This document shows, piece by piece, positions 51,079 through 60,344 of a DNA stretch of 64,000 nt. The notes beneath the pieces were generated by a model. It had not been told where the DNA came from. It saw only the letters and a list, made by a program, of their open reading frames with translations, and did no database searches. This stretch comes from Methanobacteriota archaeon (GTDB lineage: Archaea > Thermoplasmatota > Thermoplasmata > SG8-5 > JAGLSY01), in assembly GCA_020697715.1 (NCBI GenBank), contig JAEHCO010000001.1, forward strand, positions 480,001 to 544,000, read 5' to 3'. Made by a program: the position numbers and the translations under genes. Position 1 is the first letter of the stretch. Every line of letters starts with the position of its first letter.

Positions 51079-54000
51079 TCACTCAGATGTGAGGTCTTCT
51101 ACTGAGACATCGCCTGGTTCTTCCGATGAAACATCGGCCTCGGGCTCCGGGGCTGCTTCAGCTTCAGGAGCTGGTGCTTCTTCAACAGCTGGTTCTGGAG
51201 CAGGGGTCTCTTCGACTGGTGGTTCTTCCGGTGCTGGAACCTCGTCCTCAGGCTTCTTTCCCTTCATCATCGCCTGAAGTACGATTATGACGACCAGTAT
51301 TATGATGATAATGATCCACATGAAATCATTTCCACCATCACCATCTTCTGCATCATCTACTGGATCTCCTGCTGGTGTATCATCATCCACATCCAAGACC
51401 CCGTCACCATCATCATCCAAGTCCTCAGTAAGGTTGGTCGTCGAGTCTTCTGCTGTGTAACCCGGGTTCCAAGTATCTGGCTGTCCGTCACCATCTGTGT
51501 CCACAGATGCTGCTGGATCATTTGGGAAGGCATCATCTATGTCATCAACACCATCACCATCTGTATCATCTTCTGTTGGAACCGGTACTGGTGTTGTGTC
51601 TATAGCTGTTTGGAAACTATCTGTGTATGTTGTTCCCATTAAATTGCCTGCTATATCCATCGCACTCGCACCCACTGTGAAGTTGTATATACTATCATGC
51701 TCCAACTCTACGAATGAGATAGTGACATATCTGTCTGATAGATCCCAAACAAAACCACTCACATTCGCCCCATCAATGTCAAAAGCTTCCTGAACAGACA
51801 TCCTGTCCATCTCTTCTGTGAATACGATGATGAGATCCCAACCGAGTGGAACGTCCTCCATTGCCTCTCCTGGGGCGACCACAAGCACATCTGGTGGTGT
51901 CATATCAACAATATCGATCCATGTGACCAATTTTCCAATGTTCCCGGCCGCATCCCATGCTGTAATGGTCAAGGTAAAGTTGCCAATGTTCGTAAACGTG
52001 TAGTTCACAATTTCACCTGTTAACATGACATCATTTGCCCCGTCATTGAATGACCATTCATAGCCAATGATACCCACATTGTCGATACTTGCAGAAGCAT
52101 CCAGGGTCACTAATGAACCTTGTGCCATTGTCAGTCCACCTCCAATAATTGTCGGCGGTGTCACATCATTAACGGTTACGGTAAATGTACCAGTCGCACT
52201 GTTTCCTGCCTCATCCAATATTGTGAGAGTGACGACATAAACACCCGGTTCGGTAAAGACATATGATGGCGCTTCTCCGTATAATGTTTGCACGGTATCA
52301 TTCATGAATGTCCAGGTATAGTTCACAATACCCACATTGTCAGTGCAGCCAGCTCCATTGAATGATACTACAGTATCCTCATCCACAATTTGATCCGGAC
52401 CTGCAACGGCGATCGGTGGCGTCACATCAAGAACGACTATGCTGACCATGGCTGTGTCCGTGAATCCCTCATAATCGGTCACTGTCAATGTCACATTGTA
52501 TGTACCAGGCTCTGTGAATATATAGGTCGGGTTGACCCCATACAACTCCATGGTCTGATTATCAAATATGAAGTCCCATGTCCAGTTTATTATCCAGAAC
52601 ACGTCATCAGTGGAACCAGATCCGTCAAAGGTCACGACCGTATCTTCATCCACTGTTTGGTCAGATCCTGCATCTGCTGTTGGGGGTCCAGTTACATAAT
52701 CCAGTATAATGATGATGTCTTTGGACATATCTATGGTAGACACCACATTGCCACTGGATGCTCCCTTTGATGCGCTAATGGTGTGTGGTGTGTACATGGT
52801 TATGGAATTGTTCAGCTGGAAATATTCCTGTCCGATTATCCAATGCACATATCCGTCCATTCCTGTGACTCCAGATGCTACAAGCACTCCATTGATATCA
52901 CGAACCTCGACCATTGAATTTGGTAATCCACGCCCTGTTCCCTGCTGCTCGGCCTTGACATGCATATACCACTGCACAGTTAGAGCTGAGGAATTTCCGG
53001 GCACTATGGTAACACCATTAGCACATGCCATCCAGTAAATGACTGGAGTGATAGTGATAGTGCCGTTGTCACCGCAATCCATCAATCCAGATACATCAGT
53101 TCCTGAAGTGCCGGCAGTCACATTGGTTATGCTCGTGGTCGGGCGCTGGGTTCCGGACATGATGGTAAAGGCAGTTCCGTTCCATGTACATGTTGCTGCT
53201 AAGAAACCGGTCAATGGCACTGCCTGCAATGCGGTTTGGATTATTGCTGCCACATCGTCCATCGTGGTGGCCGTGGTGAAATCAATACCTGCGAGGTTCC
53301 AAAGTGAACCGTCCATCGAGATGGTAAAGCTTCCATCATTCGTGGAGTTCCAGTTGAGTACATCCCCGTCAGCCGCAGTTCCACCGGTCAGTGTTGCCGA
53401 GTATGATGATTCCACATTACCAGATATATCTGTTCCATTGGCTCCACTGTGTGAAGTTGCTGCTGTGATAGCGGATGGTCTTCCTACGGTTCCAGATGTT
53501 ATGACAAAGCCCATTCCATCCCAAATACAGGTGGCATTGGTGAATCCGCCGCTTCCTACGGCCTGCAATCCATTCTCAATGACATCGGCCACGTCATTCA
53601 TTGTCACTATTCCGGAGAAATCAAGTCCATCTATATCTGCGAAGACACCATCAATTCCTATCCTGAATGAACCATTGGATACACCCTGCCAGGCAGGTTG
53701 GAATCCTTCGGCCATGTCTCCGATCAGGCTTGCTGGGCTTCCCTCAACACTCACCTTGTTCTTGTTAAATACCGTGTCCAAGGCCGTTACATTGGAGCAA
53801 GCGATCAAATTCAGTTCGAACTCCGCATCTGGATTGTCGAAGAAGCTGCTCTCCAGGTCAACGATAGTATTCATAGTGAACAATCCACTACCAACACTTG
53901 GAAGGTCTCCGTTCCAGTTACCGCCATTGTCGTAAACCTGTACATTCTCTATTGAGCCAGTGGCATCCAGTACCCCGTTCAGGCTGACCAGGTATATGCC

Positions 54001-57000
54001 GTGCCAGTTATTGCTATAGATGTTACAATCCGAGATATCAACATCCCCGTCCATCACAGCCTCGATATAAATTCCGGCTCCGCGGTTGTCATAGACATCG
54101 ACACCCGAGATGTCAATATCCATGGTATTGGCCAGAAGAGTGATCCCGTTTCCGTTCATCTCATCCCCGCCACCGCACCAGTTACCGTATAGGGCTCCTG
54201 CCACTGTGCCGCCGGTCATATCAAGTTCAAGAATGTTCTGGGCATTGATCTTCAAGGCACTCGCCTTTCCACCAGGTCCAAAGACATTATCATTCATGGT
54301 CGCGAATACATTCTGGGTCAGGGAGGCACCACTGCACCATTCCCCGATCCTGACACCGAAATCGTATATCTCATCTTCATCGTAAATCTCATCCCATATT
54401 CCCTGGACGATATTGTTGTTCATCTCAAGAGTTATATTATTCTGAGATGCTATCTTGATACCGCCTCCAGCATCTGCATCTTTCTGGAAATCCGCGATTA
54501 TTGTATTATCTGATATCCTGGCAAATATGTTATCAGCATAAGCAGACCCACCAGAAGCACCGATGGTGATGGCTCCTTCAAGCGATGCATCATTTGAGAA
54601 GATGGCAATGTGATTGTATCTTATGTCATTGCCAATGATATCAGTATATATGTCACCATTTCCAATTATGCTGATGATGCCGCCACCAGTTGGCCCGCCT
54701 CCGCCCAGGATATTGATCAATATTGTATTGTCCAGAAGGTCAGCACTGACATTTCCTGGCGTGCCCCAATCATTACCAATGGATATCAAGGTTCCAGTAT
54801 CAATGTCCAAAGATGCTACCATCTCCGTGTACTCGAAATAATTGTTGGATATTGTGGTATTGAGGAAATCATAGATATCCAGGTTCACAAAGGAGCACCC
54901 GTCCTCATCCATTATATTTTCCACAATGAACTCATTGTCTGTTACAATAACATCTCCAGTATCGGCATTGACACCAAGTAATCCCTCTGAGCCGATCCGT
55001 CCATTTCCATAATACTTGTTCATTGAGAAGAACACATCGGCATTGTCATTACTTTCAAGAATAAATACAGAATATAATTCTGGGAAGTCGGTACCCAGAG
55101 ATACAATCTCAATATCATTCCCAGTTATGATCGCGGTAAGGTCACCATTATCTGCATCTACATCAAACACTTCTCTGAGCTCGTTCACTTTTGATAGAAT
55201 GTGATTATCCATGATCGTGATATTTATGTCTATACTCGCATCAATATTGAATATACGGTCAATACAGTAACCGACCCCGTATGTTATGATATTGTTTCCA
55301 GAGAGATCTAAGGTCATGTTACCAGCATCTGCATCAAATTCTATGAAATCATTTTTATTTTCGTACATGTACGTGGTGGTCACAGTATCTGTCATCACTA
55401 TTGTGTTTTGACTAAAGGATGCGGCCATATTGTTATCGGCATAGAATTCAAATCCATCGAACATATACCTTTGGATATTGATATCATTGTTCTCAAATGC
55501 CAAGGTCATATTATCAGATTCCACATCGAACAAATGCGCTCCGTGTAAGGCAATGTCAACATCATTGTCTATGAAGGTGAAATCCATATCTCCGTTATCG
55601 GCATAGATCTCGAAGACGGGTTTCCAATCCTGTGTATAATCATCCACATGATAATCATCTATCAGATCTCCATTGATGTAGATATCATTCCCCTCAAATC
55701 CAAGGTCCATGTTCTGATCGAATGACTCAATGTAGAATAATGAAGTATATACCCAGGCATCGGTGATCGTGATATTATTATTGATCAGATCCAAGGTAAT
55801 ATTCTCATTGGCCGTTACATAGAACACCCACCTGTCATTATCCCTACAATAATCGTCACTTCCGATGATTATGTCATTGTTCTCTATAGTGGCGGTGATA
55901 TTTCCATCAGAGTATAACTCAAATGTTCTCCTGTGGTATTCGTCTACAATTATCGGTAGATAATTGTTTTTAATAATGGCATTAAGATTGTTGGAGCATT
56001 CGAAGTTGAAAGCAGATCCCTCATATGAGTATGGGAATGAACCTACATCGAACTCGATATAATTGTCCATGATGATCACATTGATATCCTCACAATTCCT
56101 GATACAGAATGAATCCCACATATCGGGATCGTTTGTAAATGATATGGCATTCCTTATGAAGTTGGCATTGATGGTGTCTGCATCTTCAAAGAAGAAAGCC
56201 TCTTTAAGATGATCGCTGTATATGTAGATGAAGCAATCAGCTATAGTGACATCCAAGACATCATTCGCAGTTATATACAATCCCTCATGAACTTCGTTGC
56301 AATAAACGTCCACCATGGTATTCTCAAAGGTTATGCTTGCATTTTCATTCCCACTGAACCAGAATATATGATATAATGAATCAAATTCCCCACCAATTGT
56401 ACAATCAATGAACAATGCATTCATGTCTCCACCAGCACTACCAAGAACTATTGCGTCCATATAGCTACCATCGATATCACAGTATATCTCATTCTCCTGG
56501 AAATTGAGGTTAACATCAGCATTATCAGACTCAAATGAGAATATTCCATCATTGTTGCCGGAAGTATCTGACTCGTCATTAACAATGTTGTTTAAGAAGT
56601 CAAAGTTCAATGTTTCTCCAGCTTCTATTTCGAAGACCGAACCAGAGGATATTTCCTCATGATTTATATCAAAGGAGTTATCGGTCATGGTCACATTCAT
56701 AAAATCATCTGCATACATGTAAATGAGATACCATAGGACCATCCAGCTTTTATCCCCATTGCAATCCATGACATTATCAACAAAATTCAATTCAATATTG
56801 CCATTGGAACGCATATACAGGTTCTCGGCCCAGCCAAAGCCATCTGAACCACTGAAATAATTGCCCGTCATATCGATGTCCAATAGGTTCCGGGCTCCGA
56901 AATTCTCGATCATCGTTCCAGTAGATTTATCTCCATTCCCGATAATGACATTGTCAGTGAAGGTCAGTGTGGTGTTGGCTGAGGTTGGTGAATCCCACGG

Positions 57001-58923
57001 CCCATACATTCCAATGGAAATCACACCACCATCGTAAACACCCCAGTTCTCCACTATGGTGTTCCTCTCCATGGTGACCATAAGCTCTCCATCGTTCGTG
57101 TCAATGTATAAAGCCGCCGCAGGCATATTACCAGGTCTGGGTTGGAAAGGCCAGTCACATAGGTCTGCATCGTTGCCCCATATCTCACAGTCTGAGATGG
57201 TGGCATAAACCAAGTTCGGTGCGTGAATGAACATCCCATGCCCACCAAATGAAGTGTTGACATTATCCAGGTCACATACTATTTGATCTGTTGCTCTTAA
57301 GAATACACCAGAGTAGTATGAGTTAGTTAAGGTCGAATCATAGATGGTTGCATCAATGGTGTTTGCTGTAATGATCTCAACACCGTGCTCACCGTTATCA
57401 TCAGCATTTATATCGTGCAGATCGATCACGACATCCTGAACCGCGATCACAATGCCAGAGCCAGTATTACTGAAGAACATATTATCCGCTATCATGCCGT
57501 TCACGACATAGTTGGGATTGGTCATGTTTCCCACACCAAGGCCGAACCCAGCGTTTCCAGCTATCATATTGTTGGCCAAAGTTGCGGGGAAGCAGCTGTC
57601 GAATATCAGACCGTTGTAGTTGTCGAATATCATGGAGTTCTGTATGGCCACACTGTTGGATTGAATATAAATTCCAGTGTTGCTCATGTAAACTGGATCT
57701 TCAACCACATTGGCCGCTCCATCCATCCACCAATGGACTGGAGGTGTTGTTATCAAACCAAAGAGATTGTCACAATCCATATCGAAGCTTATATCAGTCC
57801 CTGGCCCGGGTGTCACGTAGGTCATTGTCGGAGCCGCGCTGATCATTCCAGATGTGATGATGAAGTTGGTCCCTGTCCAAATGCAGGTCGCACCTGTGAA
57901 CCCTGGGGCAACAATGGTCTGTATTGCTGCTTGAATGAGGGCTGCCACTGCAGGCATATCGGCAGCTAGCGTGAAATTTATTGGGCCAATGGTCTGTGTG
58001 AAACCTTCGAACCCTATTGTGAAGTTCCCATCGGTGATGGTCTGCCAATTGGCAATGTTACTTTCGGCACCCACTCCTCCTGTCAAGACTGCAGCGAAGG
58101 TGGATGGAATCATACCTGAGATATCAGTTCCAACTGCACCACTATGTGTGACCAGAGCACTGACTGAAGATTCCATATAGTTGAGTGAAATATCGCTTCC
58201 AGATGTTATAGTAAAAGAATTTCCAGTCCATGCTACTTGAGCCGCTGCGAACCCTCCGGTTCCAATGACTCGTATCGCAGTCTGGATCCTGCCCCTAACA
58301 TCGTTCATGCTGCCCACTCCTGTGAAGTCTATGGGTCCAATGTCCGAGTAAACACCATCTATTGTGACTCCGAAGGTACCATTCGTGATAGCCTCCCATA
58401 TTAGATAGTCAGGCTCGGCATCAGTGTCACCCCACAATCTTCCGTTCGTTGTACTGAGGTAACCCATATTCTCGATCTTACTGTTCTGGATATCCACGAC
58501 CGCGTTCGGTCTGATCCATAAATTTGCCTCGTCATTCGTGTCATTGGTTGTGATTACAGAAGCATCGGTATCAAAGATCTCCGTGGGCATAAAACCGTCG
58601 CCCCCATCCTGCATTATGAGTGTTCCACCATCTTCCACTTCAATGTGAAACTGGCCAGGGAATGAGCAGTTCATCAATATCGTCGTATTGACGAGTGTCA
58701 GGGTCTCACCTGCTGGTATTGTCAGGTTACCTGTCAAATATATGGTCTCATTCTCAAAATAGTCATCAGGTGTGGTTACAACCCAATCACCCTCAATGAA
58801 CTGATCCCCATTTGTTATGTCATCTGGCGGTGGAGGTGCTGTGGCTCCTGAAACCACCATGTTCATGAACACTACACTCATCATTGCTAGCGATAATATT
58901 ATTGCGTATACCTTCCTCATCAT
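51079..58923 (-). CDS. Giant surface protein: long acidic beta-helix, four DUF3383-like modules, 3 PKD domains, Big_5-like Ig domain, TSP3-like repeats, TM anchor
   Basis: Signal peptide; PTADAGSDQTV..FDGSGSTD (PKD); FTEEMD; DTDGDGVDD..DAFPNDP; WIIIIIILVVIIV then an acidic Pro-rich tail. Confidence 0.87.
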   Translation of the reverse strand: MMRKVYAIILSLAMMSVVFMNMVVSGATAPPPPDDITNGDQFIEGDWVVTTPDDYFENETIYLTGNLTIPAGETLTLVNTTILMNCSFPGQFHIEVEDGGTLIMQDGGDGFMPTEIFDTDASVITTNDTNDEANLWIRPNAVVDIQNSKIENMGYLSTTNGRLWGDTDAEPDYLIWEAITNGTFGVTIDGVYSDIGPIDFTGVGSMNDVRGRIQTAIRVIGTGGFAAAQVAWTGNSFTITSGSDISLNYMESSVSALVTHSGAVGTDISGMIPSTFAAVLTGGVGAESNIANWQTITDGNFTIGFEGFTQTIGPINFTLAADMPAVAALIQAAIQTIVAPGFTGATCIWTGTNFIITSGMISAAPTMTYVTPGPGTDISFDMDCDNLFGLITTPPVHWWMDGAANVVEDPVYMSNTGIYIQSNSVAIQNSMIFDNYNGLIFDSCFPATLANNMIAGNAGFGLGVGNMTNPNYVVNGMIADNMFFSNTGSGIVIAVQDVVIDLHDINADDNGEHGVEIITANTIDATIYDSTLTNSYYSGVFLRATDQIVCDLDNVNTSFGGHGMFIHAPNLVYATISDCEIWGNDADLCDWPFQPRPGNMPAAALYIDTNDGELMVTMERNTIVENWGVYDGGVISIGMYGPWDSPTSANTTLTFTDNVIIGNGDKSTGTMIENFGARNLLDIDMTGNYFSGSDGFGWAENLYMRSNGNIELNFVDNVMDCNGDKSWMVLWYLIYMYADDFMNVTMTDNSFDINHEEISSGSVFEIEAGETLNFDFLNNIVNDESDTSGNNDGIFSFESDNADVNLNFQENEIYCDIDGSYMDAIVLGSAGGDMNALFIDCTIGGEFDSLYHIFWFSGNENASITFENTMVDVYCNEVHEGLYITANDVLDVTIADCFIYIYSDHLKEAFFFEDADTINANFIRNAISFTNDPDMWDSFCIRNCEDINVIIMDNYIEFDVGSFPYSYEGSAFNFECSNNLNAIIKNNYLPIIVDEYHRRTFELYSDGNITATIENNDIIIGSDDYCRDNDRWVFYVTANENITLDLINNNITITDAWVYTSLFYIESFDQNMDLGFEGNDIYINGDLIDDYHVDDYTQDWKPVFEIYADNGDMDFTFIDNDVDIALHGAHLFDVESDNMTLAFENNDINIQRYMFDGFEFYADNNMAASFSQNTIVMTDTVTTTYMYENKNDFIEFDADAGNMTLDLSGNNIITYGVGYCIDRIFNIDASIDINITIMDNHILSKVNELREVFDVDADNGDLTAIITGNDIEIVSLGTDFPELYSVFILESNDNADVFFSMNKYYGNGRIGSEGLLGVNADTGDVIVTDNEFIVENIMDEDGCSFVNLDIYDFLNTTISNNYFEYTEMVASLDIDTGTLISIGNDWGTPGNVSADLLDNTILINILGGGGPTGGGIISIIGNGDIYTDIIGNDIRYNHIAIFSNDASLEGAITIGASGGSAYADNIFARISDNTIIADFQKDADAGGGIKIASQNNITLEMNNNIVQGIWDEIYDEDEIYDFGVRIGEWCSGASLTQNVFATMNDNVFGPGGKASALKINAQNILELDMTGGTVAGALYGNWCGGGDEMNGNGITLLANTMDIDISGVDVYDNRGAGIYIEAVMDGDVDISDCNIYSNNWHGIYLVSLNGVLDATGSIENVQVYDNGGNWNGDLPSVGSGLFTMNTIVDLESSFFDNPDAEFELNLIACSNVTALDTVFNKNKVSVEGSPASLIGDMAEGFQPAWQGVSNGSFRIGIDGVFADIDGLDFSGIVTMNDVADVIENGLQAVGSGGFTNATCIWDGMGFVITSGTVGRPSAITAATSHSGANGTDISGNVESSYSATLTGGTAADGDVLNWNSTNDGSFTISMDGSLWNLAGIDFTTATTMDDVAAIIQTALQAVPLTGFLAATCTWNGTAFTIMSGTQRPTTSITNVTAGTSGTDVSGLMDCGDNGTITITPVIYWMACANGVTIVPGNSSALTVQWYMHVKAEQQGTGRGLPNSMVEVRDINGVLVASGVTGMDGYVHWIIGQEYFQLNNSITMYTPHTISASKGASSGNVVSTIDMSKDIIIILDYVTGPPTADAGSDQTVDEDTVVTFDGSGSTDDVFWIINWTWDFIFDNQTMELYGVNPTYIFTEPGTYNVTLTVTDYEGFTDTAMVSIVVLDVTPPIAVAGPDQIVDEDTVVSFNGAGCTDNVGIVNYTWTFMNDTVQTLYGEAPSYVFTEPGVYVVTLTILDEAGNSATGTFTVTVNDVTPPTIIGGGLTMAQGSLVTLDASASIDNVGIIGYEWSFNDGANDVMLTGEIVNYTFTNIGNFTLTITAWDAAGNIGKLVTWIDIVDMTPPDVLVVAPGEAMEDVPLGWDLIIVFTEEMDRMSVQEAFDIDGANVSGFVWDLSDRYVTISFVELEHDSIYNFTVGASAMDIAGNLMGTTYTDSFQTAIDTTPVPVPTEDDTDGDGVDDIDDAFPNDPAASVDTDGDGQPDTWNPGYTAEDSTTNLTEDLDDDGDGVLDVDDDTPAGDPVDDAEDGDGGNDFMWIIIIIILVVIIVLQAMMKGKKPEDEVPAPEEPPVEETPAPEPAVEEAPAPEAEAAPEPEADVSSEEPGDVSVEDLTSE

Positions 58924-58988
58924 AGTCAAACTCTCCTGTTTAATCTAATATTCTCTATAATACATAGGATAATATAGATATATAAATA

Positions 58989-59027
58989 AATAGTTATAAA
59001 CAATAGTTATAAACAATGGTTAATAAA
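58989..59027. repeat. 13-bp tandem repeat upstream of the giant surface protein
   Basis: AATAGTTATAAAC twice exactly, plus degenerate AATGGTTAATAAA. Confidence 0.5.
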
Positions 59028-59065
59028 ATATACTTTTAGTATTTTTGTATATTATCTATTGTTAA

Positions 59066-59506
59066 TTAGGTGATTTTCATCTCCTTAAGCCCCGATTCGG
59101 AATTCAGCACTCTGCTGAATTCCACATCTTCGAATTTCAGTATCAGGATCTCATTGAGAACACACACTTTCGCTCTTTTCAGATGCCCGCCCAATAATTT
59201 GTGATCTGATCCTGCAAGTCCAACATGAATGTGGATCATGGTCTCATCCTTGGTCGAAATACTGCCATGCATACTTACCAGTTCATGTGGTTGCTCATGT
59301 ATCACCCAGTCATATTCCCCATCCTTGAAGAAACCGATCTCGAAGTCCGCCAGCATACCGATCCCCGATACTATTATTCCCGATCTTATGTCATATTCCA
59401 CAATGGCTTTCTCCAAGCATTCGAATAATCCTTCTCCATCGTCCAGCTTCAGTGCGATGAATTTGTCCTCCACTTTCCCATGCATGTTTAACCTCTCCAT
59501 TTTCAT
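59066..59506 (-). CDS. PPC domain (DUF296) protein
   Basis: LKLDDGE, SGIGML, ELVSMHGSI, HIHVGL...GGHL. Confidence 0.88.
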   Translation of the reverse strand: MKMERLNMHGKVEDKFIALKLDDGEGLFECLEKAIVEYDIRSGIIVSGIGMLADFEIGFFKDGEYDWVIHEQPHELVSMHGSISTKDETMIHIHVGLAGSDHKLLGGHLKRAKVCVLNEILILKFEDVEFSRVLNSESGLKEMKIT

Positions 59507-59550
59507 TACGAGCTTTTGAATGTGCGAACTGAGTTAACACATTCAAATCC

Positions 59551-59949
59551 CTATCTTCTTTTTATATTAAAAACATAACGCGTTGGCACACGCCTCTTCA
59601 TTCCTGTCCAATAAGTGCAGGTTGGACAGGTATGGCCCAATGTCACAGTCCCGCCAAACACAGTTTGATTCTTGGATTTTTTTAATTTGGAACCACACAC
59701 GGGGCAATTGGACAGGGGCTCTTTTTCCTGCTCCGTTTCCTTACAATGTACCTCCACCTGAGCAATGCCTGTATTGATGGCCAGTAATCTCATTCGAGTT
59801 CCGCCGACCTTGAAGTTCTCATTGTTCTGGTTCAGCTCCCTCTCAACCAGTTCCTTCAGCTTTTTCTGTGAGTTGACCACCTTGTACCTGGCCATCACAT
59901 CCCTTATGGCGATTATCACCTGATCGCTCTTGGGTATCCTGTACATCAA
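59551..59949 (-). CDS. Hypothetical zinc-ribbon protein
   Basis: CPVCGS...CPTCTYWTG; basic N-terminal domain. Confidence 0.75.
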   Translation of the reverse strand: MMYRIPKSDQVIIAIRDVMARYKVVNSQKKLKELVERELNQNNENFKVGGTRMRLLAINTGIAQVEVHCKETEQEKEPLSNCPVCGSKLKKSKNQTVFGGTVTLGHTCPTCTYWTGMKRRVPTRYVFNIKRR

Positions 59950-60056
59950 GTATGGTATTGGTTTCGATATATATAAGTTTGAACATCCGGGCTATGGCCA
60001 CTATGAACTAATGTACCAGGCGTAAGTTAATATAGCCAGTTATCGATCATCATATC

Positions 60057-60251
60057 ATGGAATGCAAAAAAGAAATCAATTTAGAAAATTGCAATTGCTC
60101 ATATCCTGGCTGCAGCCGAAAAGGCAGATGTTGCGAGTGCTTGGCTTATCATCTGAAGATGAGACAGTTGCCAGCCTGCTGCTTTCCGGATGATGTGGAA
60201 AGAACATATGATAGGTCATTTGAGAAATTCGCCGAAGCCTGGAAATTGTGA
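60057..60251 (+). CDS. Small Cys-rich protein (DUF6485-like)
   Basis: CNCSYPGCSRKGRCCECLAYH...QLPACCF...TYDRS. Confidence 0.78.
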   Translation: MECKKEINLENCNCSYPGCSRKGRCCECLAYHLKMRQLPACCFPDDVERTYDRSFEKFAEAWKL

Positions 60252-60344
60252 AGGAATATGGTTATAGGTCTTTATCAGGAAGAAATGCTATCATCATTTC
60301 TTTTTTAGAAACCCTTTTACTTCTTCAATCATATCACATGCGCA

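Noticed and set aside
51079-58923. Provirus, suggested by the sheath-like modules
   Set aside because: No integrase, capsid, terminase or tail genes; the modules are in-frame parts of a membrane-anchored cellular protein.
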